A stretch of 64,000 nt of DNA, taken from assembly GCA_005799265.1 (NCBI GenBank), contig SYHD01000215.1:22984-86983 (forward strand). The letters are read 5' to 3'. The position numbers were made by a program, and so were the translations under genes. Source of the stretch: Planctomycetia bacterium (GTDB lineage Bacteria; Planctomycetota; Planctomycetia; Gemmatales; Gemmataceae). Shown one piece after another: positions 63,450 through 64,000 of this stretch (the first letter of the stretch is position 1; each line of letters opens with the position of its first letter). Below the pieces are notes generated by a model. That model did no database searches. It saw only the letters and a program-made list of their open reading frames with translations, and was not told the DNA's origin.

Positions 63450-63725
63450 ATGAAAATGACCGATTCAGAAATCGGAGTACTAATCATGTTGCGCTGTGAA
63501 CACGGTGGCGGCAATATTCCCGATGGCCAGGAAATTCAAGAAACGACCACGAGTTCCAGTGGCATAGCACCAAGCTACCTTACAACGCATGGCGAGTCGT
63601 ATTTTCTTTGCAAGAGTTGCGCACGCCGCAAGAGCCGCTTCTGGAACGTGTTGATCATCTTGTTTCTCGTCGTCCCGGTGGTAATTTGCTTATTCAGCAG
63701 CATCGCTTCAATGTTTCGGCGATAG
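63450..63725 (+). CDS. Small tail-anchored hypothetical protein (Cys/His pairs)
   Basis: 91 aa. CEH...CKSC followed by a C-terminal TM segment (VLIILFLVVPVVICLFSSI). No clear RBS and a lower-GC stretch, so the call is weak. Confidence 0.3.
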   Translation: MKMTDSEIGVLIMLRCEHGGGNIPDGQEIQETTTSSSGIAPSYLTTHGESYFLCKSCARRKSRFWNVLIILFLVVPVVICLFSSIASMFRR

Positions 63726-63752
63726 TCCAGAATCAAGCGGAGGGGGAGAAAC

Positions 63753-64000
63753 TCAATCCCTGCGAGCGATCTTCACCTCGAAGTTTCCCGCGGACGGCAC
63801 GTTCCACTGGCTCGGCCCGATGTGCAGATAGAGCCGGCCTTCGGTTTCAGGCACGGCTTCGTAGCGGTCGCCGATGATGAATACTTCGCCGTCCTCGCCG
63901 ATCTTGCCGAGCAGCATGCCGCAGTGGGCTTGCTGATTGATGGCGGCGACTTTGCGTCCGCCCACGAACATGCCACCCGCGCCGCCGCGCTGTGTCGCCT
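63753..64000 (-). CDS. Partial CDS (C-terminal end only), possibly PA-IL/LecA-like beta-sandwich domain
   Basis: The frame stays open to the window edge. ...LLGKIGEDGEVFIIGDRYEAVPETEGRLYLHIGPSQWNVPSAGNFEVKI resembles the LVGKIG...G.LYL..ND...DN.G.F.V pattern. Confidence 0.4.
   Translation of the reverse strand, partial: ATQRGGAGGMFVGGRKVAAINQQAHCGMLLGKIGEDGEVFIIGDRYEAVPETEGRLYLHIGPSQWNVPSAGNFEVKIARRD

Noticed and set aside
1-64000. PAL-1 and PAL-2 hairpins interpreted simply as Rho-independent terminators.
   Set aside because: None is followed by a T-tract. Sequence, not just structure, is shared between distant copies. Two copies are translated inside genes, and half-copies lie in 5' regions. 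A terminator or RNA-stability role for the 3'-end copies is still possible but does not explain the family.
1-64000. Search for tRNA, rRNA, tmRNA, RNase P, SRP RNA, known riboswitches, integrases, transposases, phage genes, toxin-antitoxin pairs or defence-system hallmark genes.
   Set aside because: I scanned the intergenic regions by eye (notably 6406-6711, 17993-18251, 22196-22428, 40319-40545 and 60384-60816). I found no T-loop (GGTTCGAATC-type) or other diagnostic motif, and no recognisable mobile or defence gene among the ORFs. This is an eye-level negative only; tRNAscan/Infernal/DefenseFinder would be decisive.

Overview
This is a visibly GC-rich, densely coding chromosomal segment. 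Its gene content points to a Planctomycetota (PVC) genome. That is an inference from the families present: a PSCyt/DUF1549/DUF1553 + DUF1501 pair, a PVC-type haem-binding dehydrogenase, a TIGR03000-like domain, an LExRxxL N-terminus and very many signal-peptide proteins. I call 48 CDS, one of them partial. A few are housekeeping genes: rpmA, rpiB, a YrdC-type/LMW-phosphatase fusion, an rbfA-like gene and a homocysteine S-methyltransferase-domain protein. The rest include secreted or periplasmic redox proteins (three beta-propeller + c-type cytochrome sets), a sialidase-centred row of hydrolases, transporters and unknowns. There is also one ~1320-aa Pls/PosA-type single-module NRPS (A-T plus three membrane-flanked hexapeptide-repeat domains). 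I saw no rRNA, tRNA, CRISPR array, transposase, integrase or phage gene. Three things are not explained by ORF calling. (i) A superfamily of palindromic repeats ends in (C)GTT(T)AGC...GCT(A)AAC(G), with 7 full and 3 partial copies. Most lie at gene 3' ends, where several supply TAG stop codons. Two copies of one subfamily sit IN FRAME inside an aldo/keto reductase gene and a DUF1501 gene and are translated into nearly the same 20-residue peptide, which resembles Rickettsia-palindromic-element behaviour. (ii) A second palindromic element, with arms CGTGGCAkACGATTCCAATCGTGTGAT, lies 16-21 nt upstream of three start codons. (iii) A 29-nt hairpin with a conserved loop follows two stop codons. Many long antisense ORFs in the track are GC artefacts. 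All family assignments come from motif recognition by eye; no searches or computations were run.
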